From: Eledone cirrhosa
Lineage: Eukaryota
DNA: 64,000 nt
Direction of reading: 5' to 3'
Assembly: GCA_964016885.1 (NCBI GenBank)
Contig: OZ024743.1
Coordinates: forward strand, 235,104,001-235,168,000
Below are positions 12,224 to 24,474 of the stretch, piece by piece; positions within the stretch are counted from its first letter, which is position 1; each line of letters begins with the position of its first letter. The position numbers and the translations under genes were made by a program. The notes below the pieces were generated by a model. That model made no database searches, had not been told where the DNA came from, and saw only the letters and a program-made list of their open reading frames with translations.

Positions 12224-12512
12224 TACTCTCAGGTCATGAATAATCCCCCCACCCGCTTATTAATTTGTTCAGATTCGCCCCCAACACACATACGCTTATT
12301 ACATCTTGCTAATCTTTTGATTGTAAGTGATTCATAATAATAATCTTATTTTACATTAAAAAAACATTATATATGACAAAGTAATTTCATATTTGCGAAC
12401 GTGTCTATACAATTACCGATTCCCCCTCTCCTGTTTATTCCAATCCCCCCCCCCCGCTTATAAGAATTTAAGCAAATTCCCTCCCGGCTTCATTATTTGG
12501 GACTCGAGAGTG
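12224..12512. mobile_element. Putative MITE
   Basis: Imperfect TIRs TACTCTCAGGTCATGAATAAT / ATTATTTGGGACTCGAGAGTG; internal CCCCCC..CGCTTAT repeats. Confidence 0.5.
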
Positions 12513-13183
12513 TGTAACCAATTCGTCGAGTACTGATGCCAATTCGTCTATTCAATCTGAATTTAAAACTAAAATAACATACCGTCGTCGTGAATGATTC
12601 CGACCGACAAGATCCCAGACCTCATATGTTTACCGAGTAGGGAGGAACTCGTCAAATCGGACCAAGGAAATAATGTTTCCATTGGTATTTCCAATTGCTA
12701 ATACTATCTACCGGTCGCAACTCCTGTCAGAAGGAGCAGCATGAAATAAAGTATCTTGCTCATCAAGGACATAACACATCACCCAGTCCGGGAATCGAAC
12801 TTTTTTATATCTTGGTTCATATTTGATAATAACAGCTAAACTAATCACTACAACTAAATTGAACAAATTTTCCCCCTTCTATCATTCAGAAATGCTTCCA
12901 CCGCTTCTGATATGTGAAAAAGATATGATGGTTATGGTTGAAATCAATGAATGCTGACCAAGAGTCAAACCAACAACATAAAAACAGAAGTAGAGTTTAA
13001 GAGTAGTTGACGCAGATCTGAAAAGTTTTATATTGTATTTTACTAGTCTCATTTCAAAACTCTCCAGTGATGCCGCGTGGCCTAAGTCGGTTCGATTCCT
13101 GGACAGGCTGCTGTGTTGTGTTCTTGACCAAAACACTTTATTTCACACTACCCCTTTCCTCTCGTTTATAGTTTTTTTGTAAT

Positions 13184-13324
13184 CAGTGCCGGATTTACTA
13201 TTGTGCTTAGGTGTGCTTAAGCACAGGACCCAGGTGGCCAGGGTGGGGGTGGGGGCATCTTCCTGCCCGAAAAATATTTTACGATAACTAACACAGGGTC
13301 TCATTTGTCCTAAATCCGGCACTA
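13184..13324. mobile_element. hAT MITE (141 bp)
   Basis: TIR CAGTGCCGGATTTA / TAAATCCGGCACTA; 8-bp TSD TTTGTAAT / TTTGCAAT. Confidence 0.85.
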
Positions 13325-14915
13325 TTTGCAATGCTACTTTCTTTTTCTTTTGAATATTTCATATTCATTACATATATTACATAAATTGTGTTTATATGTA
13401 TTTATATGTTAAATAAAAACCTTTTTACTAACAAGAACAAAACAGCTTCCGCCAACAAATGGTTTGGATGCGGTAATGAAATGACGATTGAAATGTTTGT
13501 AAACAGTGTTTTTAAACATTTCAACATTTTACTCGTTATCAAACTGAAATTTAGTTTAATTACCACTTATCAATTAACTCAGTTACCAAACTATGTGTGG
13601 GAATTGATGAAAGTTCAAACACACACATATATATACACACACACACATGAATGTTTGGTAGATAATGACAATGACCTGAAAGTGTACTGAAACAAAAAAA
13701 CTAGCACTTAACTTGGGTCAGTGTGTGCCAAATATGTTTAAAAAGAACGCAAAGCTTATAAACAACCGTCTGGTTTCTAATTAATTATGCATGTTAATTA
13801 ATAGAAAATCATAGATTGTAGTTATTTTTTATGAAACTGCATCCAGCTGCCGTCGATTACTTTTAGACGACTTCATCTTCAAAGTTGTAGTTTGACAGAG
13901 CTGACGTCTCGTTTGTATTTTGGCAGAAACGATTCTGTTTTGATTCTACGCGGTTTAACTACAATTAAAGGAAAAAGAAAACCCGAGAGACATCAACAGA
14001 AATTATTTCCTGGGATGCGACATAAATGAATCAAGACTGAATTCGGCAATGCAATATAACTAATAACTCTTTCTTTCTAACATTGGCACAAGGCCAGTGA
14101 TTTAAGGGGAGGGGGAAGTGGATTATAACGACCCTAGTTATTAACTGGTTCTTTATTCTTGATTAACAGAGATTATCCTTACAATTAGTAGACAAAAACA
14201 CCATCTCTAAGGGGGGGGGGTAAAATTTGTAAGTCAACTACAATAAAAATAGCTAATTAAATTTTTTGAAAAAATTATTGACGACATACATAGAAATGGA
14301 TTTGTTTTTAAAGCTAAATCGGAGCGGAGTTGGGTACCCACATGTGCTGGCACAACAAGGTAGAATGGGTGTTCCAATGCGTCTCTCTCTCCGTCCCGCG
14401 GGGCAATATATTCTCCACCCTGTCGACCTCGACCAAGAGGCGGACGACATATTAGGGTAGATGACTCTAGTATAGTATGTGAGTCTTTAAGGCCATATAA
14501 TCAATTGAAACCTATTAACCTCACTTGTAAGATTATTCTTGAAGGAAATGGTTCCAACTGAAAGTTTAATGAAGTAATAACCTTTACTAGGCTTCATAGT
14601 GCTAAGGTATATAAAGACTGGTGAAAGCAATGTACATATATCGATTTAATTAGACCTACTCTGTGAAACATATACTGTTCAGTTGGTAAAACATGAAGGT
14701 GATGAGTGTATAATCTCTTCAAACTTTCAGTCAGCCTCTCCATGACAAATATTTCAATAAGACAATTAATTACAATAAAAAATAAAGCCAATGATTTTAT
14801 CAAATCATGGATGAATTCTTTAAAAGTGCCCAGTGTATGATAGCTTTGGTGACATTGATGTTACTGCGGGTTGACAAGTCTGTCTGAGAAATGTCATATT
14901 ACCCCGTCAGAAATA

Positions 14916-15451
14916 CGAGAGTTCGTGGAAAAAGTACACAGCTAAAAATCATATACAGGGATTTTGACCTCAAAGCACCTGTACGTTCTCGTTTTAACGT
15001 GTCATAACATGTTCTAACATGAACCCTTAAATGTATATTGCAATACGGCGGCGCCAGTTGGAAGTCAGCACCTGCCCCAGCAACATGATATCCATCAAAA
15101 CATCAAATTCATGGTGAAGCTAGGGTGAAAGAGCAGCCAAATCACTGACGCTCTAAGCAAGTTTATGGGAACAACGCCCCAAAGAAATCAACAACCTACA
15201 AATGGATAAGTCGTTTTAGAAGTGAAAGATATGAGGCTGAAGATGATCCCTAGTTGAAGATGTAAAAAAAGCTGCTTTGACATGGTTTAAATCGCATGGC
15301 CCTCAGTTTTACACAGATGGACTTAAAAGCTGGTATCAACATTTGCAGAAGTGTATTGATCTAGATGGAGCATATGTTGAAAAATAAACATCATAACTTA
15401 AATCGTTTTTTCCAATTGTCCCTTCTCTACGAACCTTTTGAAGCCCCCTTG
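14916..15451 (+). mobile_element. Internally deleted mariner (irritans/Hsmar2-like)
   Basis: TA|CGAG...CCCCCTTG|TA; transposase N-term NIKFMVKLG...QVYGNNAPKKSTTYKWISRF joined to C-term WFKSHGPQFYTDGLKSWYQHLQKCIDLDGAYVEK*. Confidence 0.85.
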
Positions 15452-15780
15452 TAGAACTTCAACAGATTGAAATATGTTAATCTGGAAGTTACTACGCTAA
15501 ATAATGCAAGTTAAGGATTAGTTCACTAATAAACGATAAATAACTACTCTCTCTCTTCTGTTGTGCAATGTAGAAGAAAAGGACTTGTCGATCCCCATCT
15601 TAAATAGTTTCCACTGATATATTAAAAGGCCGTGAAAGCAATCAGGATTGAAATTGAAAAATAAATTACTGGCTAACAGTATATGTGTGTGTAGATCCCG
15701 AGTTAAATCGGGGTAACCACAGTAAATAAGGTACTCAATACATTAGTAGAATGTGAACATCATTATTCAATATAGAAATG

Positions 15781-15830
15781 GCTTCTACAGGACTAGAACT
15801 GTTTCATTCATATGAAATCATCAGGAATGC
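15781..15830 (-). ncRNA. Type I hammerhead ribozyme, intact core
   Basis: GCATTC-CTGATGA-tttcatatgaat-GAAA-CAG-TTCTAGTC-CTG-TA-GAAGC; stems I, II and III pair; GUA triplet. Confidence 0.75.
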
Positions 15831-15880
15831 GCATTCCTGATGATTTCATACGAATGAAACAGTTCTAGTCCCGTAGAAGC
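15831..15880 (+). ncRNA. Type I hammerhead ribozyme, one stem III mismatch
   Basis: GCATTC-CTGATGA-tttcatacgaat-GAAA-CAG-TTCTAGTC-CCG-TA-GAAGC. Confidence 0.65.
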
Positions 15881-15962
15881 CATATATATAAACACACACG
15901 CACAAATATATTGGAAAAGTAAATAACAAGGAGTACAGTTACCAAAGGTGTTACGTATTAGG

Positions 15963-16018
<56 letters not shown>

Positions 16019-16611
16019 AAGATCGAAGTTACTGTTGCTGCATAAGTATAAACGTTATTGGCATATTACAATCGTTTCAATATCGATCAGCTCAGGGTAC
16101 AATTATTATGACCGGGGCGTACCACATGTAACTGTAGTTATACCCTTAACTAACACACATATACAATATATATATATATATATTCTCTTTTACCTGTTCC
16201 AGCCATCCGGCCGAGGCCATGCTGGGGCACCACCCTGGAAAAGTAATGAGGCCTCACCTAGACCTCATTACTTTTCAAGGGCGGTGAAATATATATACAT
16301 TGTATACAAAAGTATATATGATATGTTTATGTGTTATAAATATAAGAGTCTCGCTATCAATTTTTTAGAAAGGGAGGGGGTGAGGTTGTGAAGTAAAATA
16401 TAATTATAAAATATTTATCGGAGATAATCTTCCAAAGTTATGATAGCATGACTCTAAACATTTATTTCCGTCATAGTTTCTATTTAGAGAATATGTAACC
16501 TTAATCTGATTCAAAACTTGGTAGTTTCAGAGATAATATCTGCAACGTCTTGTACTTAAACAGTGTTGAGATACTCAAATGATAATATATTTACCCCTTC
16601 AGCACTACTCA

Positions 16612-16970
16612 CCTCTGCACCGGTCGCCGCTGAGACGTCAATCGTCTTCGGATCCCTTACAGCTGACTCCTTCGTAAAATTGGAATGACAGCAGTCCGTC
16701 TGAGGAAGAAGCCCCGCGATGTGGGATAGTTGTTGCAGCAGGTGTCATTGGCCATTGTAAGCAGGGCGCAGCTGAAACACCACTTTGACTTAGGTGTAGA
16801 GTCTGTCACCCTCTCCGTTTCCCCCTTCTTTCTCTCGTTGCCTAATAATCGTCGTCTTTTCCCTCCTTTTCTTCTCATTTATAGCATTTGTAGTCCTTTC
16901 CAACAACTACTTTTTTTTTTTTACTAAATATTAAATTCTTTATTATTTTTATGTAATTTTATCCTAAAAA
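16612..16970 (+). mobile_element. CRE-clade retrotransposon 3' end (coding tail plus UTR)
   Basis: PVAAETSIVFGSLTADSF...KPRDVG*LLQQVSLAIV resembles the CRE C-terminal P.A.ET.G..G...PR...L.Q..S.AI motif; UTR recurs three more times in the window. Confidence 0.65.
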
Positions 16971-17349
16971 TATATTTGCGTGTAATGAAATAAAATATTA
17001 TCCTTTGTAGATTATTATGTTTTAAAAGACTGCGAATCAATTATTTTGTCAGTGTTTGTGCTAAGAAGTATATTTATTTGCTGGCTAAAAGCCAGTTTGG
17101 ACCTTTGTTGTAGCATTTGTTTGCGTCAAAAGGTATCGATTTCTTTTGTAAAATGTCATAACGGTTATTATACAATGTTACAATGTAGAAATGTCATGTT
17201 GTAAGAATCAGCAAGTAGTAATTAATAGAATGAAATAAATGAACAAAATAGATTAGCAAGACTAAATTATGAAAGGTTCCCCAAAAGAAATAAGAGAAAC
17301 CGAGTCCCAAGGCTTCCAGTTACTTCGAACCTCAATACCATAGAAAATA

Positions 17350-17545
17350 ATAATAATAATAATTGTTTCTACTTATGGCACAAGGCCAGCAATTACTCAG
17401 TGCATTACTGGTACTTTATTTTATCGACCCCATAAGGATGAAAGGCAAAGTTAACCTCGGCGGGATTTGAACTCAGTCCGTAAAGGGACGTAACTGTGCT
17501 GCAAAGCATGGCATCCAACCCTCTACCGATACTGCAAACTCACCC
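17350..17545 (-). mobile_element. Family A SINE, full length
   Basis: Head, B-box, core and tail next to (AAT)n. Confidence 0.85.
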
Positions 17546-17564
17546 GGGCCCTGGACAGACCAGT

Positions 17565-17730
17565 TAACTCTCCCCGTCCGACGGGGAGAACTCCCATCCA
17601 CTTTGGGGTGGGTGAGAGTTGTCTTCTCTTGTGAAAATGGGTATAGTTTTCATTATGTAAAATCTCTCCATTTTGCCTCATTTTTCTTCGTTTTGGGATA
17701 CCTTTTTTATGGTACTCCCTGTTTGGGTTT
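17565..17730. mobile_element. Unclassified repeat, second copy inverted at about 44630-44800
   Basis: AACTCTCCCCGTCCGACG.GGAGA..TCCCA..CACTTT shared by both copies. Confidence 0.6.
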
Positions 17731-18689
17731 ATTAGAGGTTGGCAGGTCTGCCCAGGGGCAGCTTCACGAATAATGATACGACTGTCGCAGAAACAACTCC
17801 TCGAACCTAAATTACTCCCTAATTCGATATTTTCTTATTGATTCAAAATTTCAAAACGTTCATAAAAAATAATCTTAATAGTAGGATCGTTAAATTAAAG
17901 TTAACATATTTAATGCATGGACCATTAAAAAATTAACTAGAAATAATTATTTGACGAAGAAAAAATATTATTGGTCAATAACTATTTTCATTTTTTTCGG
18001 TGTGTACGGGAGACAACTCTAGACATGTTTTAGTCGTACTATTGGCTCATCAGCGAAGCATAGCCATCACTATATTTGCCGATTAGTAATGACGGCATCA
18101 CTACTTCATAAGTAAGCACTTAAATAAATGTATTAGATTGGATGTTGGTTGGTATAGAAAATAGAACAGTTTAGAGATTGAATAACTCAGCTACGTCATG
18201 AAAAAATAGTTAATTTATTTTAATGCAGGTAGGTGGTGGTTTTACAAAACTAACCAGAATTAATAAGGTAAATATGCCATCCAAGCGGACATTTTGAGAA
18301 GAATTCATTAAAATAATTTATCTTCAGATTGTCCCCCTGGCCAAACTGATAGAGCGTGAATTTCTTAAAATTTCACGAAGGACTAGTGAATGACAAGAGA
18401 GGATTGAAGTGGAATGTAAAGAACAGCCAGTAGCAGAAACGTAAAAAAATAAATAAATAAATTTAAAAAAAAAAAAAATTAGCGACATTCGAGTCACAGG
18501 AGACATACGAGCAGGGTGACTTCATTGAAGAAATATTTTGGTCTTTAGTGCTATTAGTCCGAGGACAGATATTTGAACGAGCAAAATTAGAAGTGGAAAA
18601 TATACCCATTGACTTGAGAATAAAAATAACTCTACTTTCATGTTTGTCAAAATACCAAGAGACGACAAATGAATGAAGCAAACAATAAA

Positions 18690-19168
18690 TGGTAATAACT
18701 GTTTCTACTTTTGGCACAAGGCCAGCAATTATCCTAGTACATTACTGGGTGCTTTAGGTAATAATTGTTTCTACTATTGGCACAAGGCCAGCAATTAACC
18801 AGTACATTACTGGTACTTTATTTTAATAATCACTTCTGATTTAGGCACAAGACCAACAATTTTCGGGGGAGGAGAAAGTCGATTTATTCGTCCCAGTGCT
18901 TTACTGGTACTTCATTTTATCGACCCCCTAAAGAGAATAGGCAAAGTTAACCTCGACAGGATTTGAACTCAGAACGTAAAGACTTCTAATTTAGGCACAA
19001 GGTCATCAATTATATCGATCCAAGTAGGAGACTTTATTTTGTAGACCCCGAGAGGATGAAAGGCAAAGCTGACCGCGGTGGGATTTGAACTCAGAACGTA
19101 AAGCCACGACGAAACGCAGTAAAGCATATTGTGTTCGACGCTCTAACGATTCTGCCAATTCACCATCT
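18690..19168 (-). mobile_element. Cluster of four family A SINE copies or tails
   Basis: Four GGCACAAG tail motifs in series. Confidence 0.8.
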
Positions 19169-19271
19169 TAACAAAGGATAATGAGAATAAAACAAAAAAA
19201 AATCACAAACACACACACACAAACAAATTAAACTAAAATTAGAAATAGAAAAATATTAAAATTAAGGAAGT

Positions 19272-20285
19272 CTACACAATATGTAAATACATTTCTACAC
19301 TACAGACTAAACATTTCTAAACCCTATACAACATGTAAATAAATTTGTAGACTATACAATATATAAATATATTTCTACACCGCACAATATATAAATACAC
19401 TAGCTGGGGTACCCACCTTCGACCGGATAAACATGATAAGAGAAGACCGGTAGAAGAGAAAACGACTGTATTGGATGCGTTGTCTGGTTTACAATATGAG
19501 ACGAGACTGTAGGTTGTGTGTGTGACAAAAAAAAAAGAAAGAAAGAAAAGAAACAGTCAAAAATCTTCTAGAAACACCAGATTCTTCGTTTTACCGTTCG
19601 TGCATAGTAGGTGAAGAGTTCTAGGTGCTCTCACTCGCGAACAACCTACATATAACTGTCCATGGGTAAAAACCGATTCTCTCATAGTCAATCCTACAAC
19701 GAGACTGACCCCCAGCTTTATTTATGGTCATAGCAAAACTGACTCTAACAGGGAACTGAAGTGTTGAGAATTTGAATGGCAGCTCGGCAGAGGAAGGGAT
19801 AAGAGGATCTTGTGAATAAATGCATTTTTTCCTTGATGACTGCCTCCAAGAACAGTGACCTGTAGGAGATGGTTCATCAGCCGCCCGACTGTTAAGATTG
19901 AGCCATTGCATAGACGTGGCAGGTTCAGGTTTCTCAAAATGATGATAGGAGTTCCAATCTTTTATATTATATATTGATATAGATAATTATATATAAATGT
20001 GTGTGTGTGTTTAAACCGCGTTCGAATCCCTGGTGTTAAAAAATAAATATCAATAAACCTTTCTGGGTATACACTTATTGTATTTGTGTACTTACTTTTC
20101 GATTGTCAGTTTTCGTTTTTGTGTGATGCGCGAAGACACCAACCAACAAACAGCTTTCTTTTTATATTATATATGGATATATAGATTCCTACACTCTATA
20201 CAATATATAAATATATTTATACTCTCTATATAATATATAGATTCCTACACCCTATACAATATATAAATAATTTCTTCAGTCTACC
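19272..20285. repeat. About 30-bp AT-rich minisatellite interrupted by a Helitron
   Basis: CTACACCCTATACAATATATAAATATATTT-like units on both sides of 19400-20185. Confidence 0.75.
19400..20185 (-). mobile_element. Deleted Helitron with Pif1 helicase C-terminal remnant
   Basis: A|TCTATATA 5' end at 20185, CTAG|T at 19403-19400; KIGTPIIILRNLNLPRLCNGS...LPFKFSTLQFPVRVSFAMTINKAGGQS...FTHGQLYVGCSRV across frameshifts. Confidence 0.92.
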
Positions 20286-20351
20286 CGCCAGTATTGAGTT
20301 ACTATGGTATTTCAAACATATTCGAATACAATATAAAAATATCAAGCTGAT

Positions 20352-20517
20352 TGGATGAATGAACGAACGAATGAATGAATGAACGGATGGATGAATGAAT
20401 GGATGGATGAATGAACGGATGGATGAATGAATGAATGGATGAATGAACGGATGGATGAATGAATGGCAGGATGGACGAATGAACGGATGGAAAAATGAAT
20501 AAATAAATGAATGAATT
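20352..20517. repeat. (TGAA)n/(TGGA)n simple repeat
   Basis: Direct inspection. Confidence 0.9.
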
Positions 20518-21103
20518 AAAGAAAGAGATCAGCTGATTGTATAGAGTTAACTGTTATCGTTATAGAAGAATTTAATACCCCCATCCCACCACACCCCAAC
20601 AAATAAAAATTCTGCAGTCTTCAACTGATGTTTACCTTTGCTTCAGCCAATATTTCAGACTTGAAATATTGTTTCTACAACAGATGAATAACTACAGTTC
20701 CCACCATTTCATTCAGCACAAAACTTTAACATTAAAGTTGAAACAATATCACATAAAGTAGAAATACGTAGATATGCGTATGTTTGTATGTGTGCATTTA
20801 TATAATATACACATATATATGTGTGTGAAATGTTTGATCAGGCGAAAAAGAATAGTTTATTAGTAAACTCTAATCCGAAGACACACACACACATACAACA
20901 TACATACATATATATATATAATATACACGTTTATAAATGTATAACAAACATTCTCACCATTACCATCTTCTTATTCCTCATTAACTACATTAACAACAAC
21001 AGTAGTAACATATACTGCTACCATTATTTCTCCCACCAAAAGATCAATAATAATAATTTTTTTTTTTTCTTTTTTTGTTTCGCAGAATGAATGTTTTGCT
21101 TAC

Positions 21104-21141
21104 CTGGTCATAAGAAACCAGCGGAGTGTAGACTTTGCCAT
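21104..21141 (-). CDS. Candidate first coding exon of an unknown host gene (MAKSTLRWFLMT, phase 2)
   Basis: gatATGG start context and strong donor CAG|GTAAGC in non-repetitive sequence; no downstream exon found; a competing plus-strand exon 21086-21146 is also possible. Confidence 0.3.
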
Positions 21142-21819
21142 ATCAGGTAGGTAGTAGGTGTTGAGAAATAGTTTGTCGGAATCAATTGTTTAAGCTGTGT
21201 TCGACAGTGTGAAAGGAAGTGTCACTAAGTAAAGAAATGGTTCTTTACTATACTGAAGTAGGTATGGGAGGAAAGAAAAAAATGGAAGAAAAAGAAAAAA
21301 AAGAATGGAAGAAGTATTTTTTACAGGATTAATCGCAGCCTGTCGCTTTCTTATATTTTTTTTCCTTCTTTTTTTACATATAAGGTTGGTTTAGTGAGTA
21401 TACATGTTAAAGAATCCGTCTGTTTTGTAGTCTTTGGGGGGAAGAAATATATACGAATTATTGGGTCGTTTTATCCTTTTTTTATATTTTATTGGCAACA
21501 ACAAATTTCTTTTCTTTCTCTACTTTTTTTTAAAAGTGGCAACAATGAAATGAGAAGGCGAACATAAACGCACACATACTTATATATATACCCAGACAGA
21601 TACACACATGGACTCACAAAAACACTCATACACATACACACTATCACAAACCCACACACATAAAATTTCTCACGCAGATTCATGAGACACAGACACTCAC
21701 ATGTACACATACAGAGTTACGGACAAACACAGTGGTTAAAAAGACATCACTCAGAGAGACACACTTGTAATTAGAAGACATATATTGGGTGGAAATATGA
21801 ATGACTGAGTGATTTCTCA

Positions 21820-22465
21820 ACCACACACACACATACTCACTTTTACATATACATTCACACGACTACTCTCCCGCTCTCACACACGAACATACACTTACGA
21901 CTATTCTCTCACACACACATTCACTTTTACACACTACGTTCACACGACTACTCTCTCGCTCTCTCACACTTATTTCTACATATACATTCACACATTTACT
22001 CTCCCCGTCTCTCACACATTTACTTGTACACATACTACATTCACACCACTCTCTCGCGCTCACACATACATACTCACTTTTACACATACTACATTCACAC
22101 GATCTCTCTCTCACTTTCACACACACACAATCGCAGATTCTCAAACTAATTCAAACTCACAATCTCCCACCTCCACTCTCGCTCTCTTGTTAACTTACAC
22201 TCTATCACTTTCTATCTTAGACACACACACACTCTATGTCACACCCACTCTCTGTCTTATAGACACACACTCCACCTCTCCTTCTCTCTATCTCTCTCAT
22301 ACATGGATTTAACGTGGTCACATATTCTCTCCTCTCTCAAACATTCATTCACATACAGGCACTTACACATATATACATATATAGACATACACATGTACAT
22401 GCATTCATACGCGCACACACACGCACACGCACACACACACACATACACATATACACACACACACA
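21820..22465. repeat. Degenerate (CA)/(CT) low-complexity tract
   Basis: Direct inspection; source of spurious His/Thr-rich ORFs. Confidence 0.85.
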
Positions 22466-22680
22466 GAGTTGTTATTACAAATTACACTCCTCTTCCGGCA
22501 GGTGAAAGCTGAGAAAATAAATTTGAAAGAATTTGAAACAGAACTTAAGATTTATCATTCATTACTTTGTCACTCATCAAGATATACAGTTGTTTGTTTA
22601 TCAACACACACGTACGCACTCTCACACACAAACTGTGTGACATTATGTGTATGCATTGCGTGTGTCTGTAAACATTTATA

Positions 22681-22880
22681 CGAGGCCTGTCGAAAAAGTA
22701 ACCGTCTTTAGGCTGGGAAGAAATTACATGCATGTTGTGGTCCACTGGGGTCCACTTGCCAAACCCCTTCGACGTAATTATTTTAACCCAGCGATCCTTT
22801 CAATATTCGAAGCACGTCTGGAATGCTTCTTTCGAAATGGTCCTCAGCTTTGACATTGCAGTTCGTATGATGTCCTCCCG
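22681..22880 (-). mobile_element. Mariner 3' fragment
   Basis: TA|CGAGGCCTGTCGAAAAAGT TIR; minus strand EDIIRTAMSKLRTISKEAFQTCFEY*KDRWVK..NYVEG. Confidence 0.7.
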
Positions 22881-23106
22881 GCTCTATATACATAGTTCAA
22901 GATAAAGAAGATAAACACAGAGATACAATATCTCAAAGTTTCACGCTTGTTGGCAAAGGAAAATGAATGTATCAATATATCTGACGTTAGTCCTTCATCG
23001 AGAATCCATAACACTTTACACATAGCGCTTCCCTCAAGCATTACACTTTGTTGACAATGGTGTTTACGAGGCTGTTTGCTTGCAAACAAACCGAATATTA
23101 ATAATG

Positions 23107-23321
23107 GTTTCTTATATAGGCACAAGGCCAGCAATTTTGGGGGAGGGGAAAGTCGATTAAATCGACCCAGTGCGTGACTGGTACTTTATCTCATCGACCC
23201 CGTAAGGATGAAAGGCAAAGTTAACCTCGGCAGGATTTGAACTCAGATCATAAAGGACCGCAACTCTTTGCTGCAATGCACGGCGTCCGATCCTCTAACA
23301 ATACTGCTAACCCACTGCCCT
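23107..23321 (-). mobile_element. Family A SINE with 19-bp TSD
   Basis: AAACCGAATATTAATAATG at 23088-23106 and 23322-23340. Confidence 0.92.
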
Positions 23322-23361
23322 AAACCGAATATTAATAATGTTATGGTATTATTATTATTCA

Positions 23362-23888
23362 CCTGAGTTCAAATCCCGCCGAGGTTAACTTTGCCTTTCG
23401 ACGGGGTCGATAAAATAAAGTACCTTGTGCCAAAAGTAGAAACAATTATTATTCACTGACGGTGAGGGCGGTGGATTGGCAGTATCGGCAGAGAGTCGGA
23501 CACCATGCTTTACAGCATAGAGTTATGACCCTTTATGATCTGAGTTCAAATCCTGCCAAGGTTAACTTTGTCTTTCATCGTTACGGGGTCGATAAAATAA
23601 AGCACCAGTAACGTGTTGAGGTTGATTTAATCGATTTTCCCCTCCCCCAAATTACTGGCCTTGTGCCTATGCTAGAAACCATTATTCACTCACGGTGGAT
23701 TGGCAGTATCGGCGGAAGGTCAGGCACCATGCTTTCCAGCATAGAATTACCTCCCTTTACGGTTTAAGTTCAAATCCCGCCGAAGTTAACTTTGCCTTTC
23801 ATCCTTACGGGGTCGATAAAATAAAGTACCAGTAATGCACTGGAATAATTGCTGGCCTTGTGCCAAAAGTAGAAACAATTATTATTCA
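23362..23888 (+). mobile_element. Three tandem family A SINEs
   Basis: Each ends GAAACAATTATT/GAAACCATTATT followed by CACT(C/G)ACG. Confidence 0.9.
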
Positions 23889-23973
23889 CTCACGAATATT
23901 TATATATCATATTATAAACACACACATACACACTCAGAAACTGTGTACCATTGTGCGTGTGTGTGGTTGTGTG

Positions 23974-24022
<49 letters not shown>

Positions 24023-24428
24023 GCATGCATATATATATATATATATATATGCATGCACATATATTCATACACACACATATATATGCACTAGCAAAATACC
24101 TTATGTTGACCAGGCTCATAATTAGCTATATAAACAGACTTGTTCTTAATGAAGATATATCCTATTTAACGGAATACTATTAATTTTCTCGGGAAAAGTT
24201 GTTTTTTTTTTAATCCAAGAAATGAAATACGTTTCTACTACGTTTACAGCACTTTAGTGTCTTGTGCACAATGCTACTGATACACGTTAATTATGACTAG
24301 TATATTGTACAATTTTATTTTGTAAATGTCAAATAGCTAATTCATGCATAAGTAAGAACACAAGGTCAAGTGAAAAAGACAGTAATATTTTATTCTTTAA
24401 CTTTAAAAATATTTCTTAATATGAGGGG

Positions 24429-24473
<45 letters not shown>

Positions 24474-24474
<1 letters not shown>

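Larger units (their letters stand above)
15694..15883 (-). mobile_element. Penelope-like terminus (family P1) ending in a spacer-less 106-bp palindrome
   Basis: 15778-15830 and 15831-15883 are reverse complements with 2 mismatches; centre GAATGC|GCATTC. Confidence 0.8.

Noticed and set aside
14594-14803. 69-aa ORF with hydrophobic N-terminus
   Set aside because: Non-ATG start, no recognisable domain, and splicing to the 21.1-kb exon hits stops
16612-16775. Minus-strand exon that would extend MAKSTLRWFLMT into S-CALLTMANDTCCNNY (secreted peptide-like)
   Set aside because: The acceptor is weak and the plus strand is better explained as a CRE C-terminus joined to a UTR found four times in the window
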